DNA from: an uncultured Opitutales bacterium
Lineage (GTDB): Bacteria > Verrucomicrobiota > Verrucomicrobiia > Opitutales > Intestinicryptomonadaceae
Length of the DNA stretch: 32,000 nt
NCBI GenBank assembly: GCA_934613415.1
Contig: CAKTSY010000001.1
Location: 300,001-332,000, forward strand
Reading direction: 5' to 3'
Made by a program: the position numbers and the translations under genes. Of this stretch, positions 1 to 8,015 are shown piece by piece. Under the pieces are notes generated by a model. It searched no databases, was not told the DNA's origin, and saw only the letters and a program-made list of their open reading frames with translations. Within the stretch, counting starts at the first letter, position 1, and each line of letters starts with the position of its first letter.

Positions 1-1150
1 TTACGCACGCCAAGTTTTCGCCCACAAAAAATGCCTCGAGCATACGCTGAGTTGCCGAGTGTATTTCTCCGCGCGAAATGAGGTATTCTGCGGCTTTCAC
101 AGCCTTGTCGGCATCGTTTATGGCCTCTTTGCAAAGGGCATCTATAGTAGAAGTTGTAAGTTTTATGTCTACCCCACCGAACATTTGCCCTTTAAGAGAG
201 TCTATGCCTTCTATTTTGCCGTCTTCGGCCGCAAAAAGATAGCGGTAAAAATCGTTTGCAATCATTGCATGGTAGTACCTGCGCTGAAGGAAAAACTGCA
301 CAATAAGACTTTGGAAATCCATCTTTTGATTTACCCTTGAAGATGCCTCGTACGATTTATTTTCCTTAATTTTTGCCTCGGTTTCCTGAATGCGTTTTTT
401 TATTGGGTCTATCTCGTAATCGCGCGAAGGCGGCGGAGTGGCATCTTTACCGCGCATCATTGCAATAAATTCGCGCCTGTCCATACTTGAAATCATACGC
501 ATTCCCGACTCTTTGCGAGTTCTGTCCTGCTCTAGTTTTTCGTTTTGTATGGCAAGCTTTTCTATCTTTTTTGTGGTTTGCCAAAAGTTTACAACCTTGT
601 CGGCAATGGTTCGGCAAAGTTGGTCGTCCATAGGGTATTCCTGCGCGTTAAACAGCATTCTCCAAGCGTCTAAAGTGCGCTCGGCGTCGCTACCGCCGCC
701 CTTGCCCGCCAAACGCTGGCTTATGTCTACCAAAAGCTGGTTGTAGGCCAAGTCTTCGCTGCTGGTAGCCGGCGGCGAATTTAAATATTTTTCGAAGCGC
801 GCCCTTATGATTTTCTGTTGGGCATCGTCTACCTTTTTGCCCGAAAAATCCACAAGGTTACCCTGATTTTCTAAAAGCGAAATAATTGCCGAGTTGTCGC
901 CGCCGGCAAACCCGCCCAAATTTATAGGCAATGCCGCAATATTGCCGTTTGTTGCGTTTGCGCTGCTGCTTTCCGAAGCCGCCTTTTTAGATTGCTCCGG
1001 CAAAGAGTTTTTTGCTGCATTGTTTTGCGTTGCCTGCCCACTTGCCGTGTTAGAAGGTGTCTGCTGTGTGCTCTGCAAATTTTGCGTGGCTTGCTGTGCA
1101 TACAACCCGCAAGCTGCAAATATAAAAACATATAACAAAGATTTATTCAT
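1..1150 (-). CDS. hypothetical secreted protein, 3' end cut by window edge
   Basis: Not in the ORF track because it has no in-window stop. From ATG at 1150-1148 I checked every plus-strand triplet in register 2,5,8... down to position 2 and found no tta/cta/tca, giving 383 open codons. The N-terminus MNKSLLYVFIFAACGLYAQQ is signal-peptide-like. The ATG lies 1 nt after the stop (1152-1154) of the upstream gene. Plus-strand ORFs 59-340, 438-746 and 894-1301 are antisense shadows. No family recognised. Confidence 0.6.
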   Translation of the reverse strand, partial: MNKSLLYVFIFAACGLYAQQATQNLQSTQQTPSNTASGQATQNNAAKNSLPEQSKKAASESSSANATNGNIAALPINLGGFAGGDNSAIISLLENQGNLVDFSGKKVDDAQQKIIRARFEKYLNSPPATSSEDLAYNQLLVDISQRLAGKGGGSDAERTLDAWRMLFNAQEYPMDDQLCRTIADKVVNFWQTTKKIEKLAIQNEKLEQDRTRKESGMRMISSMDRREFIAMMRGKDATPPPSRDYEIDPIKKRIQETEAKIKENKSYEASSRVNQKMDFQSLIVQFFLQRRYYHAMIANDFYRYLFAAEDGKIEGIDSLKGQMFGGVDIKLTTSTIDALCKEAINDADKAVKAAEYLISRGEIHSATQRMLEAFFVGENLACV

Positions 1151-1151
1151 A

Positions 1152-1535
1152 CTACATCTTTCTAAAATCTGTCAGCAACAATTTGCCGCCTTCGTCTATG
1201 CGAACGCTAAAATTATATCTTTGCCCTACCGACGGGTTAAAACCTTCAAGTTTGGCGGGAACAAGCAAAGGCAAAGACTTGCCCGAATTTGTTTTTATTA
1301 AAATAATGCGCCCTGCACTTTCGGAATATGCAAGCTGGCTGTCTACAAAAGCGCAAATAGAATATTCGTTGCCCGCAAACAATTTGGGCTGTTCGCAATA
1401 TTCGACTACGGGCAATTTAGTGCCGTCTGTTGCGCCAGAACCGTTTTTGCCGTTTATGTATAAAAAGCCGCCAACAATAAGCACCGATAACACCGGTATT
1501 GCGGCCGCAATGATAACTGAACGTTTATCTTTCAT
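1152..1535 (-). CDS. small N-terminally membrane-anchored hypothetical protein
   Basis: 127-aa ORF with one N-terminal hydrophobic helix (VIIAAAIPVLSVLIVGGFLYI). It is packed 10 nt after the MauE-like stop and 1 nt before the next ATG. Confidence 0.6.
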   Translation of the reverse strand: MKDKRSVIIAAAIPVLSVLIVGGFLYINGKNGSGATDGTKLPVVEYCEQPKLFAGNEYSICAFVDSQLAYSESAGRIILIKTNSGKSLPLLVPAKLEGFNPSVGQRYNFSVRIDEGGKLLLTDFRKM

Positions 1536-1545
1536 ATGTTGTACT

Positions 1546-1968
1546 TTATAATATAAATTTTTTTGTGTTTAACAAGAATATAATGGCGCACATAAAAAGT
1601 AAAATTATGTCTCTTATTAATGTCCAAACAGTGTCTGAAGTTGAATTGCCAAAGCATCCGCACGAAATATCCAAATTGCGCCACATAGCCGACACTATTG
1701 CCCCACTAAAAACAAGCAGCATGGCAACAATTAAAAGAAGCGCGCTTTTTTTATAACTTTTTATCAAAATAGTTGCAGCGCACACAAATTCCAACGCGGG
1801 CAAAAAATATGCGGTAAGTGCCGCAAAAGATTCGGGCAAAATTTTGTAGTTTAAAACTGCGCCATAAAACTCTTGCGGGTTTGCCAACTTTGCAACGGCG
1901 GCCCATGCAAAGACAACTGCCAAAGTTGCGCGCAATGCAAATTCGGTTATCTTTTTTGTTCTTTCCAT
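1546..1968 (-). CDS. MauE/DoxX-family redox-associated membrane protein
   Basis: Four hydrophobic helices plus the CGCFG motif (DISCGCFGN) typical of the MauE/DoxX family. The track start at 1977 is TTG, so I prefer ATG at 1968 (MERTKK...). It overlaps the rhodanese stop by 22 nt. Confidence 0.75.
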   Translation of the reverse strand: MERTKKITEFALRATLAVVFAWAAVAKLANPQEFYGAVLNYKILPESFAALTAYFLPALEFVCAATILIKSYKKSALLLIVAMLLVFSGAIVSAMWRNLDISCGCFGNSTSDTVWTLIRDIILLFMCAIIFLLNTKKFIL

Positions 1969-2354
1969 TTTCGCCAATCTTCTTTAAGCACAAACACGTT
2001 TTTTATTTTTAACTCGTTTTTCAACTTATGGGCAACGCTTGCTCCGTCATTTGCAGAGCTTGTTTTGCAATATACCAAAACGGCATATTCTGGTTGCCAC
2101 ACGTCCAAGAAATCGCCCAGATGATTTTCAAAATCGTCGGCAGGCAAATTTACAGCATTTTCTATATGCCCAATTTTGTACTCGCTTTTTGGACGCGCAT
2201 CTACAACAAGCAGCTTATTTGGCAGCAAATCCGCTTGGGCAAACGTAATTTCGTGCGGGTTAAATATTATGCGATTACAATTTAGCATAAAATTTGCAAA
2301 GGCCAAAACCAAGCTTAAAAACAGAATAACAAATATGCCTTTAATTGTTTTCAT
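1947..2354 (-). CDS. membrane-anchored rhodanese-domain sulfurtransferase
   Basis: The stretch LLVVDARPKSEYKIGHIENAVNLP...VLVYCKTSSANDG matches the rhodanese fold with an active-site Cys loop. The N-terminal TM is MKTIKGIFVILFLSLVLAF. The track start at 2399 is TTG; ATG at 2354 overlaps the upstream stop by 14 nt. Confidence 0.8.
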   Translation of the reverse strand: MKTIKGIFVILFLSLVLAFANFMLNCNRIIFNPHEITFAQADLLPNKLLVVDARPKSEYKIGHIENAVNLPADDFENHLGDFLDVWQPEYAVLVYCKTSSANDGASVAHKLKNELKIKNVFVLKEDWRKWKEQKR

Positions 2355-3666
2355 ATTCTCCCAAGAAAAGGCTTGTCCAATTAGGGATATAGTCTCCAAC
2401 GCCGTTAAGCATTATAACCGAAATGCCGGGATTTTTTTCGGAAATTTCCGTCCATTTTTTGCGGTTGCGCCAGTCCGAAAACATACCCAAATAAACGCTT
2501 GTGTTTTCAAGCTTTAAATTGTCGCATTCGTCGCTAAGCGGCACATTTAATAGAACTTTTTTGTCTGCGTTTATCGAGGAAATTTCGCCGGCATCTTTTG
2601 CCTGACATATTAGCGCAGTTTTAAATTTTGCGTTTGGCAAGGTGTCGCAAACAAGCACTGTAATGTTTTTTTGTTTGCAAAATTCGGCAAGCTCGCGGCC
2701 AAATCTAAGCCCCAAAGATTTTTCGTCGGGCGCAAAAAGAAGGTATTCTGCCGTATCTGAACCGCCGCAAAGAACGTTGCCGTTTTCGTAAAGCTTAAGT
2801 TTATATTGCCTAGGCAATGCAATAGACACAGCACAAATTGCCGAAAATGCAGCCAAAGTTAGCACAACAACCGACAAATAAAACCTGCCGCACAACAAAC
2901 GCCTTCGGTTGCATACAATAGCCGCAACAAGCACCGCCAAAGGCATTATCCACAAAACCCAATAGTTTGCAACATTGCTAAACGACGCACACAACCCAAA
3001 ACACAGCCATGTTGCAAACGCGCTAACGCAAAATAGATTGCCCGAAAGCGTAAAACTTATGCATAAGGCAAAAACCCAAAAGGCAACATATGCAATTTTC
3101 AAATATAAATTATGCCCGCACATAAATTCTAAATGCGAATTTATAAGCGATAGATACTGCGCGCTGTCGTCTGGGTCTTGATACCAATTTGCATACACTT
3201 GCGATGGAGATTTTTCGCCCGTGCCGTTCGGAATATCGGTAATCATTTTCAAGCCCGATAAATATATCTGGGCCCTGCAGTTTGCCGACGAACTTTGCAA
3301 AGTGGCCATATTAGTCATTCTTAGCGAAAGCGTGCTGTTTAAATACATAACGCCAGCAACTAAAATAGCCGCCGCAATAAAAAATGCGCGCCATTTATTG
3401 CGCGTAAACCCGCGCAACAAAACAAAGGCGACGGCAGAAATTGCAAGCCCAACAAATGCCCCGCGCGACTGCGTTTGCAGCAAAAAATTAAACAAAACAA
3501 GCGATGCAATTACGCAAATATAAAAGCCTGCTTTTTTGAAAACTGCGGCAAACACCCAAACGGCAAAAATGGCACAAGCAATAAACGCCGCAGTGCGGTT
3601 TGCGCTGGAAATACCGTAGCCAAACCAGTCTAGCCTTTCGGGAATAATTTCAAGCAAAAGATTCAT
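2341..3666 (-). CDS. O-antigen ligase (Wzy_C)-like polytopic membrane protein with extra C-terminal soluble domain
   Basis: Many TM helices and the motif LQTQSRGAFVGLAISAVAF, resembling the Wzy_C/O-antigen ligase signature. The C-terminal ~150 aa are non-hydrophobic. ATG at 3666 forms an ATGA overlap with the upstream stop (3663-3665); the track start at 3687 is TTG. Confidence 0.6.
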   Translation of the reverse strand: MNLLLEIIPERLDWFGYGISSANRTAAFIACAIFAVWVFAAVFKKAGFYICVIASLVLFNFLLQTQSRGAFVGLAISAVAFVLLRGFTRNKWRAFFIAAAILVAGVMYLNSTLSLRMTNMATLQSSSANCRAQIYLSGLKMITDIPNGTGEKSPSQVYANWYQDPDDSAQYLSLINSHLEFMCGHNLYLKIAYVAFWVFALCISFTLSGNLFCVSAFATWLCFGLCASFSNVANYWVLWIMPLAVLVAAIVCNRRRLLCGRFYLSVVVLTLAAFSAICAVSIALPRQYKLKLYENGNVLCGGSDTAEYLLFAPDEKSLGLRFGRELAEFCKQKNITVLVCDTLPNAKFKTALICQAKDAGEISSINADKKVLLNVPLSDECDNLKLENTSVYLGMFSDWRNRKKWTEISEKNPGISVIMLNGVGDYIPNWTSLFLGEYENN

Positions 3667-4733
3667 TTTTCTATTATTGTCCCCCAAGCCTTTGCAAGCG
3701 GCTTTGTAGGCAACGAAACCATATACTTTCTGTCGGCAACGTTACCCACTGCCGACTCTACCGGATACGCCACCTGGTTTAAATAGTCTCCAACATATAT
3801 TGGGTGGCGCAAAAGGTAAAATTTATCTATTGGGGGCGCAACCCAATTTGGATTGCTGGCATCTGGAACAAAATTTATCAAATACTTAAAAAACTCTAAA
3901 GAAAGGTTGTCTATTTGTGCGTTTGTTGCGTGCCCCAAATTTTCGCCCGCCTTAAAAATTACGGCGCAACCTAAATCTATCATTCTTTCGTAAAACCTTT
4001 TTGCCGCCGAATAGCCATATTCAAGTTCGCCCGTTGTTACTAGCCAGACAATGCCCTTTGCGTTTGCGTTGGGGGTATCGTAGCTAGAATTTACATGAAT
4101 GTGTATGCCAGAAAAATATTGCGGTTTGCGCATGGCCATTCTGTGTGCAATTTGCGCGCCGCCGCTAAAGCCGTATAGCATAACTGCGTTTTTAGGCAGC
4201 ACAAATTTGTTCATAACGCGCTTAAAACCCGTTTCCCATTCCGACAACCTGTCGTTAAAAATAAATTCGTAGTCTTTAACCTGCCTGGTGCTCATTTCGT
4301 CGGTACTTACCGAAGGCGAATATCCGCCAAAGTTAGACCATGTTAGCATAGCCAAATTGTTTTCGTCGGCAAATTTTATAAGGTGCTTATAATAGCTTTC
4401 CGAATAAGTAAGGTTGTTCCTTAAATCGTTAGGCAATTTGTTCCAAGTGCATATTGCAATAACACCCCTAACGCATGGGATATTCGTTTTTTTTGCGTTT
4501 TCAAACTTTTCTTTAGTCCAAGATTGCGGCATACGCACAACATAGGTTATTTCCTCCAGCTTGTTGCGCTTTTTCCAGTTCTTTTTGGCTACCTGCGTTT
4601 TTGCATCGGTACGGTAAACGCTCATAAAAATTCTGTCGCCTTCAACTACATATTGCTCGGGCGGCGGCATCTGAGTGAATGCAACAAGCGGCAACCCAAG
4701 CAAAAATATGCGCAATAAAAGCCTAAAAATCAT
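3663..4733 (-). CDS. secreted alpha/beta hydrolase (esterase/depolymerase-like)
   Basis: Nucleophile elbow LYGFSGGAQIAH, a late His (ENLGHATN), and signal peptide MIFRLLLRIFLLGLPLVAFTQ. ATG at 4733 forms an ATGA overlap with the upstream stop; the track start at 4754 is TTG. Confidence 0.75.
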   Translation of the reverse strand: MIFRLLLRIFLLGLPLVAFTQMPPPEQYVVEGDRIFMSVYRTDAKTQVAKKNWKKRNKLEEITYVVRMPQSWTKEKFENAKKTNIPCVRGVIAICTWNKLPNDLRNNLTYSESYYKHLIKFADENNLAMLTWSNFGGYSPSVSTDEMSTRQVKDYEFIFNDRLSEWETGFKRVMNKFVLPKNAVMLYGFSGGAQIAHRMAMRKPQYFSGIHIHVNSSYDTPNANAKGIVWLVTTGELEYGYSAAKRFYERMIDLGCAVIFKAGENLGHATNAQIDNLSLEFFKYLINFVPDASNPNWVAPPIDKFYLLRHPIYVGDYLNQVAYPVESAVGNVADRKYMVSLPTKPLAKAWGTIIEK

Positions 4734-5635
4734 TGTTCTTGAATCCTTCTCCAAGTTTCAATCAGCTCTTTGCTTCTAAACGGGCAATACATTTCCGATT
4801 TGTCGTTAAAAACAAATCCGTCGTCGTCGGAACTTGTAATGTCGCAATAAATATCTTTTTGCGGTTTTTTGTCGCCACGCCAAACGGCAAGTTCTTCGTC
4901 GAAAAACTCGCGTATAAATTTTTCGAATTTCGCGCTGCGGTTGTGCCCTGTATTTGAAATGCTAACCCATATCCACGGGCGTTTGTCTCGGCGCCCCTTG
5001 TAGTAGTAGGCAAAGGTTGGCTGCCAACGCATTCCGTCTTTTTCGCCACAGGCAACAATGCCGCGCGCTTTTGTAAGTTTTGCGCCGCTTTTTGGATAAT
5101 CCCAAAACTGGGCCGAATATGCGCACCACGCCAAAACTCTATCGGGGCACCAGTCTATAAACCTGCTTACAAAATGCGCCCCGCCCGAAAACCCGTATAA
5201 TACCAAGGGCAAATCTTTGCCGTATACGCGTTTAACTTCGTCTAGCAAAGCCTGCCCCGAACCGTATTGCGGCCAGTAGTAGCCCGTTTTTGTTTCGTAT
5301 AAATCTTCGGTGGCAGACCAATAGTTTAGGGCTATTATCCCCAAATTGTTTTTCTTTGCAAAATCAAGCCACGGGGTTTCTTTTGTAAAAAATTCGCCGT
5401 TTGTGTTCATACCCGGGGCAAGCACCAAAACGGCCTTTGGGTTTTCGCAAACAACATTGCAAAACAAAAACTTGCTGTTAGCCCTAAGGGATATAGAAGC
5501 AAAACACAAAATTATTGGCAGGTAAAACTTTGGTACAAAACAAAAAATTGCCTGTTTTTTGCGGTTTAAACAAAGGCAAAAACGCCAAGGCATGCCCAAA
5601 AGATTTTTTATTTTGCTTATGTTACCAAACCTCAT
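4730..5635 (-). CDS. alpha/beta hydrolase, paralogue of 3663-4733
   Basis: Same GFSGG elbow (LYGFSGGAHFVS) and late His (SNTGHNRS). The start is uncertain. The track start at 5671 is the TTG of a TTGACA -35-like hexamer. ATG at 5635 (MRFGN) and ATG at 5593 (MPWRF) are both possible, and neither has an SD. Confidence 0.7.
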   Translation of the reverse strand: MRFGNISKIKNLLGMPWRFCLCLNRKKQAIFCFVPKFYLPIILCFASISLRANSKFLFCNVVCENPKAVLVLAPGMNTNGEFFTKETPWLDFAKKNNLGIIALNYWSATEDLYETKTGYYWPQYGSGQALLDEVKRVYGKDLPLVLYGFSGGAHFVSRFIDWCPDRVLAWCAYSAQFWDYPKSGAKLTKARGIVACGEKDGMRWQPTFAYYYKGRRDKRPWIWVSISNTGHNRSAKFEKFIREFFDEELAVWRGDKKPQKDIYCDITSSDDDGFVFNDKSEMYCPFRSKELIETWRRIQEQ

Positions 5636-5665
5636 ACGCAAAACAAAACATACATTTGCAAAACT

Positions 5666-5690
5666 TGTCAAGCGTTTTTTGTGATATTTT
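5666..5690 (-). promoter_or_regulatory. putative promoter -35 (TTGACA) plus shared upstream 15-mer AAAATATCACAAAAA
   Basis: Minus strand reads AAAATATCACAAAAAACGCTTGACA. The same 15-mer sits just upstream of the -35 at 9176-9190 and 13374-13388. No convincing -10 was found at 17 +/-1 spacing. Confidence 0.3.
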
Positions 5691-5828
5691 TAATATTTTG
5701 CAACCATATTTATAAATAGGCATATTGTTTACATAATTTTGGAAATTCTTGTTTTATTACAAAAAATAAAGCCTGCAAATACACCGCATATTCTTTTATG
5801 CAACAGCCTATGCGGCAAATTTTTTAAC

Positions 5829-6836
5829 TTACTTTAATGCTTTTTCAAGCTTTTTAGCTAGTTGCGACATTTGATAAACGCTATTTCTTTTTAGGTCGAA
5901 AACCGTTGCAGATTCGGGAATTTCCAGCATCATATTTTTAGAAATCTTAGCCTTGTCGGTTATGATTTTATTTATTTTTATAATTTCGCTTGCATATAGT
6001 TTGGCATTGTATGTATCGCCATTTGCGCTTTTGTTTATGGCGTATAAATTAACAACTATCTTGTGCGGAATGGATATATTGGCTCCTTCAATTTGCTTAT
6101 ATTCGCTATATAAAATTTCGCTTATAACGGGCAATTCAATTTCGCGTTTGTCTTTGCCAATACTAAGCAAACTTGTTGTAGCGCGAACAGGATAAATTTT
6201 TCCAAAAATTTCCTTTAAATAAAGCCTATATAAATCGTAAACATCAAAAATTTTATCTGGGCTTTTATTCTTATATTTGCGTATGGTCAAAACCGCCGAA
6301 CCGTTTTTTGCCGTATAAGATATGTCGGAATTTCCCGCATTCAAAATTAAATTCTTAATATCTACAAAGTTTACGCCCATTTTTTGCGTATCGCTAAATG
6401 CCGATAAGTAGCTAAAAAGAAATGGGTCTCTACCATTGTTTAAATCAAAGTCTGCAAATTCAACCAAGTCGCGATTTGGTATATAACGCAATTTTTCGCT
6501 TGGCGAAATGTAGTATAGATATTGCGAATCCGATGCGTCTTTTGCATTTTTAGGATACAGCCTATTTATGGAATACAAAAAACAGCCCTTGCCGTCTGCA
6601 AACACTTTACATTTTGCATTAGGCGTATACAAAACCTGCTTTTTGGCGTCTATATCGGCACCTTCTACAACCCTTTCGTATTCAATGCAAATGGGCATAT
6701 TCGCAAGCCCAAACTTATTTTGCAGCAATTCAAAAACTGCCTCATTTGCAAACAAATTGCACAGCGGTAAAGCACAAAACAAGATATAGCCAAGAATAAG
6801 TTTCTTACCTAAAAGCCAAAATTTAAACCGTTTCAT
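5829..6836 (-). CDS. secreted hypothetical protein, LolA/LppX-like paralogue (P1)
   Basis: 335-aa ORF with N-terminal signal-like segment LILGYILFCALPLCNLFA. By-eye collinear similarity to 13520-14521, for example ISEILYSEYKQIEGANISIPHKIVVNLYAI versus VAEYIYSDFAKIKNGVKIPKKIVYNMNVIA. Confidence 0.65.
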   Translation of the reverse strand: MKRFKFWLLGKKLILGYILFCALPLCNLFANEAVFELLQNKFGLANMPICIEYERVVEGADIDAKKQVLYTPNAKCKVFADGKGCFLYSINRLYPKNAKDASDSQYLYYISPSEKLRYIPNRDLVEFADFDLNNGRDPFLFSYLSAFSDTQKMGVNFVDIKNLILNAGNSDISYTAKNGSAVLTIRKYKNKSPDKIFDVYDLYRLYLKEIFGKIYPVRATTSLLSIGKDKREIELPVISEILYSEYKQIEGANISIPHKIVVNLYAINKSANGDTYNAKLYASEIIKINKIITDKAKISKNMMLEIPESATVFDLKRNSVYQMSQLAKKLEKALK

Positions 6837-6842
6837 ACAAAT

Positions 6843-6872
6843 ATTTTAAAGGCGCTTAGCACTTTCAGTCAA
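6843..6872 (-). promoter_or_regulatory. putative sigma70-type promoter TTGACT-N18-TAAAAT for 5829-6836
   Basis: Minus strand reads TTGACTGAAAGTGCTAAGCGCCTTTAAAAT, followed by ATTTGT and then ATG (6836). The -10 is only 6 nt from the start codon. Confidence 0.4.
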
Positions 6873-6985
6873 GAATTATGCGCCATATTTTAATATTTTT
6901 GGGCACTCCTATAGCCGACAAAAAATCTATAGCAAACTTTGTTTGCGGTTATAAACGCAAACAAACTGGTTTTTCTTTGTAAACC

Positions 6986-8008
6986 TTACAATTGCGGCAT
7001 TATTTTATGGCTTTTTAGGACATCGTCAAAAGACGACTCAAAAAAGACATTCGCAATTTGCATATTGCCATTTGTGCCTTTCACAACATAGGTATATCTA
7101 AACCTGATTTCGTTTTCTTTTAATCCAATTTGTTCTACAACAACGTATAGTGGCGCAAGCGAGATAATGCCTACAACTTTTGTATTGTTTAGTTGTCTTC
7201 TAGTTTTATATTTTGCGCCAAATTCGAACACATTCATATTTATTAGTTCCCCGACTTTGCGCCTTGAACTTTCAGAGCAAAAAGATGTTACCAAATCTAC
7301 ATCTCCAGAAATTCTTGCCTGAACAAACGCATTATAAAAACCTAATACATCTGGTTGTTCTTTCAAAAAATTCATCTTTTTAAAATCAAAACCATTCGGG
7401 AATTTTAGTTTTGGCATTTCCTTTTCGGTGTCAATTTGCGTAAAACCAAACGCCTTGTAGCTTTCAGACTTATAATAAGTCGCTAACGAATACGCGCACA
7501 AAGATTCCATCGCGTCGCATGGCTTGACAAGCAGCTTGTAATTTCCATCTAAAGCTTTTTTAAATGTAAGATAAGATACCAATTTTTTGCCGCTTGTTTT
7601 CGGGTCGTTAATTTCGTAAAAAACTTTAAATGTGTCTTTAAACTTAAATACATCAAGCAAGTGCACCGATTTAAAATCCAGCCCCGACAACGAGAACTTC
7701 TCCAACATTTTTTGAACTAAAATAGATTTTCCGTCTAAAGACATATTTTCTACTGAAACTTTGTCTTTAGCATTTAGGGCGGCAAAAAAATCGCGCACTG
7801 TTTTTGCCGGTAAATCGCCCGCCAAAAACTTGTTTTTTAAGTCGCATACCCCTAAATTTACCGGAAAACTATTTATACAAAAACTTGCACTTGTCTCTAA
7901 GGGGCCTGCATCTTCCAATTCAAAATATAGCGGAACTTTAACCGCCGCATATGCACTAGCGCACATTGCATATACGGCAAACATACACCCAAGCAAAAAA
8001 CTTTTCAT
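6986..8008 (-). CDS. secreted hypothetical protein (P2), possibly tandem NTF2/SnoaL-like domains
   Basis: 340-aa ORF with signal peptide MKSFLLGCMFAVYAMCASAYA. The segments DFFAALNAKDKVSVENM and FYNAFVQARISGDVDLVTSF resemble NTF2-like domain openings (weak, by eye). It starts 7 nt after the upstream stop. Confidence 0.6.
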   Translation of the reverse strand: MKSFLLGCMFAVYAMCASAYAAVKVPLYFELEDAGPLETSASFCINSFPVNLGVCDLKNKFLAGDLPAKTVRDFFAALNAKDKVSVENMSLDGKSILVQKMLEKFSLSGLDFKSVHLLDVFKFKDTFKVFYEINDPKTSGKKLVSYLTFKKALDGNYKLLVKPCDAMESLCAYSLATYYKSESYKAFGFTQIDTEKEMPKLKFPNGFDFKKMNFLKEQPDVLGFYNAFVQARISGDVDLVTSFCSESSRRKVGELINMNVFEFGAKYKTRRQLNNTKVVGIISLAPLYVVVEQIGLKENEIRFRYTYVVKGTNGNMQIANVFFESSFDDVLKSHKIMPQL

Positions 8009-8015
8009 TTTAACC

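Noticed and set aside
59-1301. Plus-strand ORFs 59-340, 438-746 and 894-1301 from the track.
   Set aside because: They lie antisense to a 383-codon open minus-strand frame that has a signal peptide and tight coupling to the upstream gene. Their sequences are low-complexity shadow-frame products.
5669-5671. TTG start of the 313-aa track ORF 4730-5671.
   Set aside because: This TTG is the first half of a TTGACA -35-like hexamer preceded by the shared promoter 15-mer. A downstream ATG (5635 or 5593) is more plausible.
6941-6962. Hairpin GTTTGCG-N8-CGCAAAC downstream of 6986-8008. A similar hairpin, CCGCATA...TATGCGG near 5775-5810, lies downstream of 5829-6836.
   Set aside because: The stems are only 7 bp and are not directly followed by a U-tract on the minus strand. 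They could be weak terminators, but I cannot support the call.
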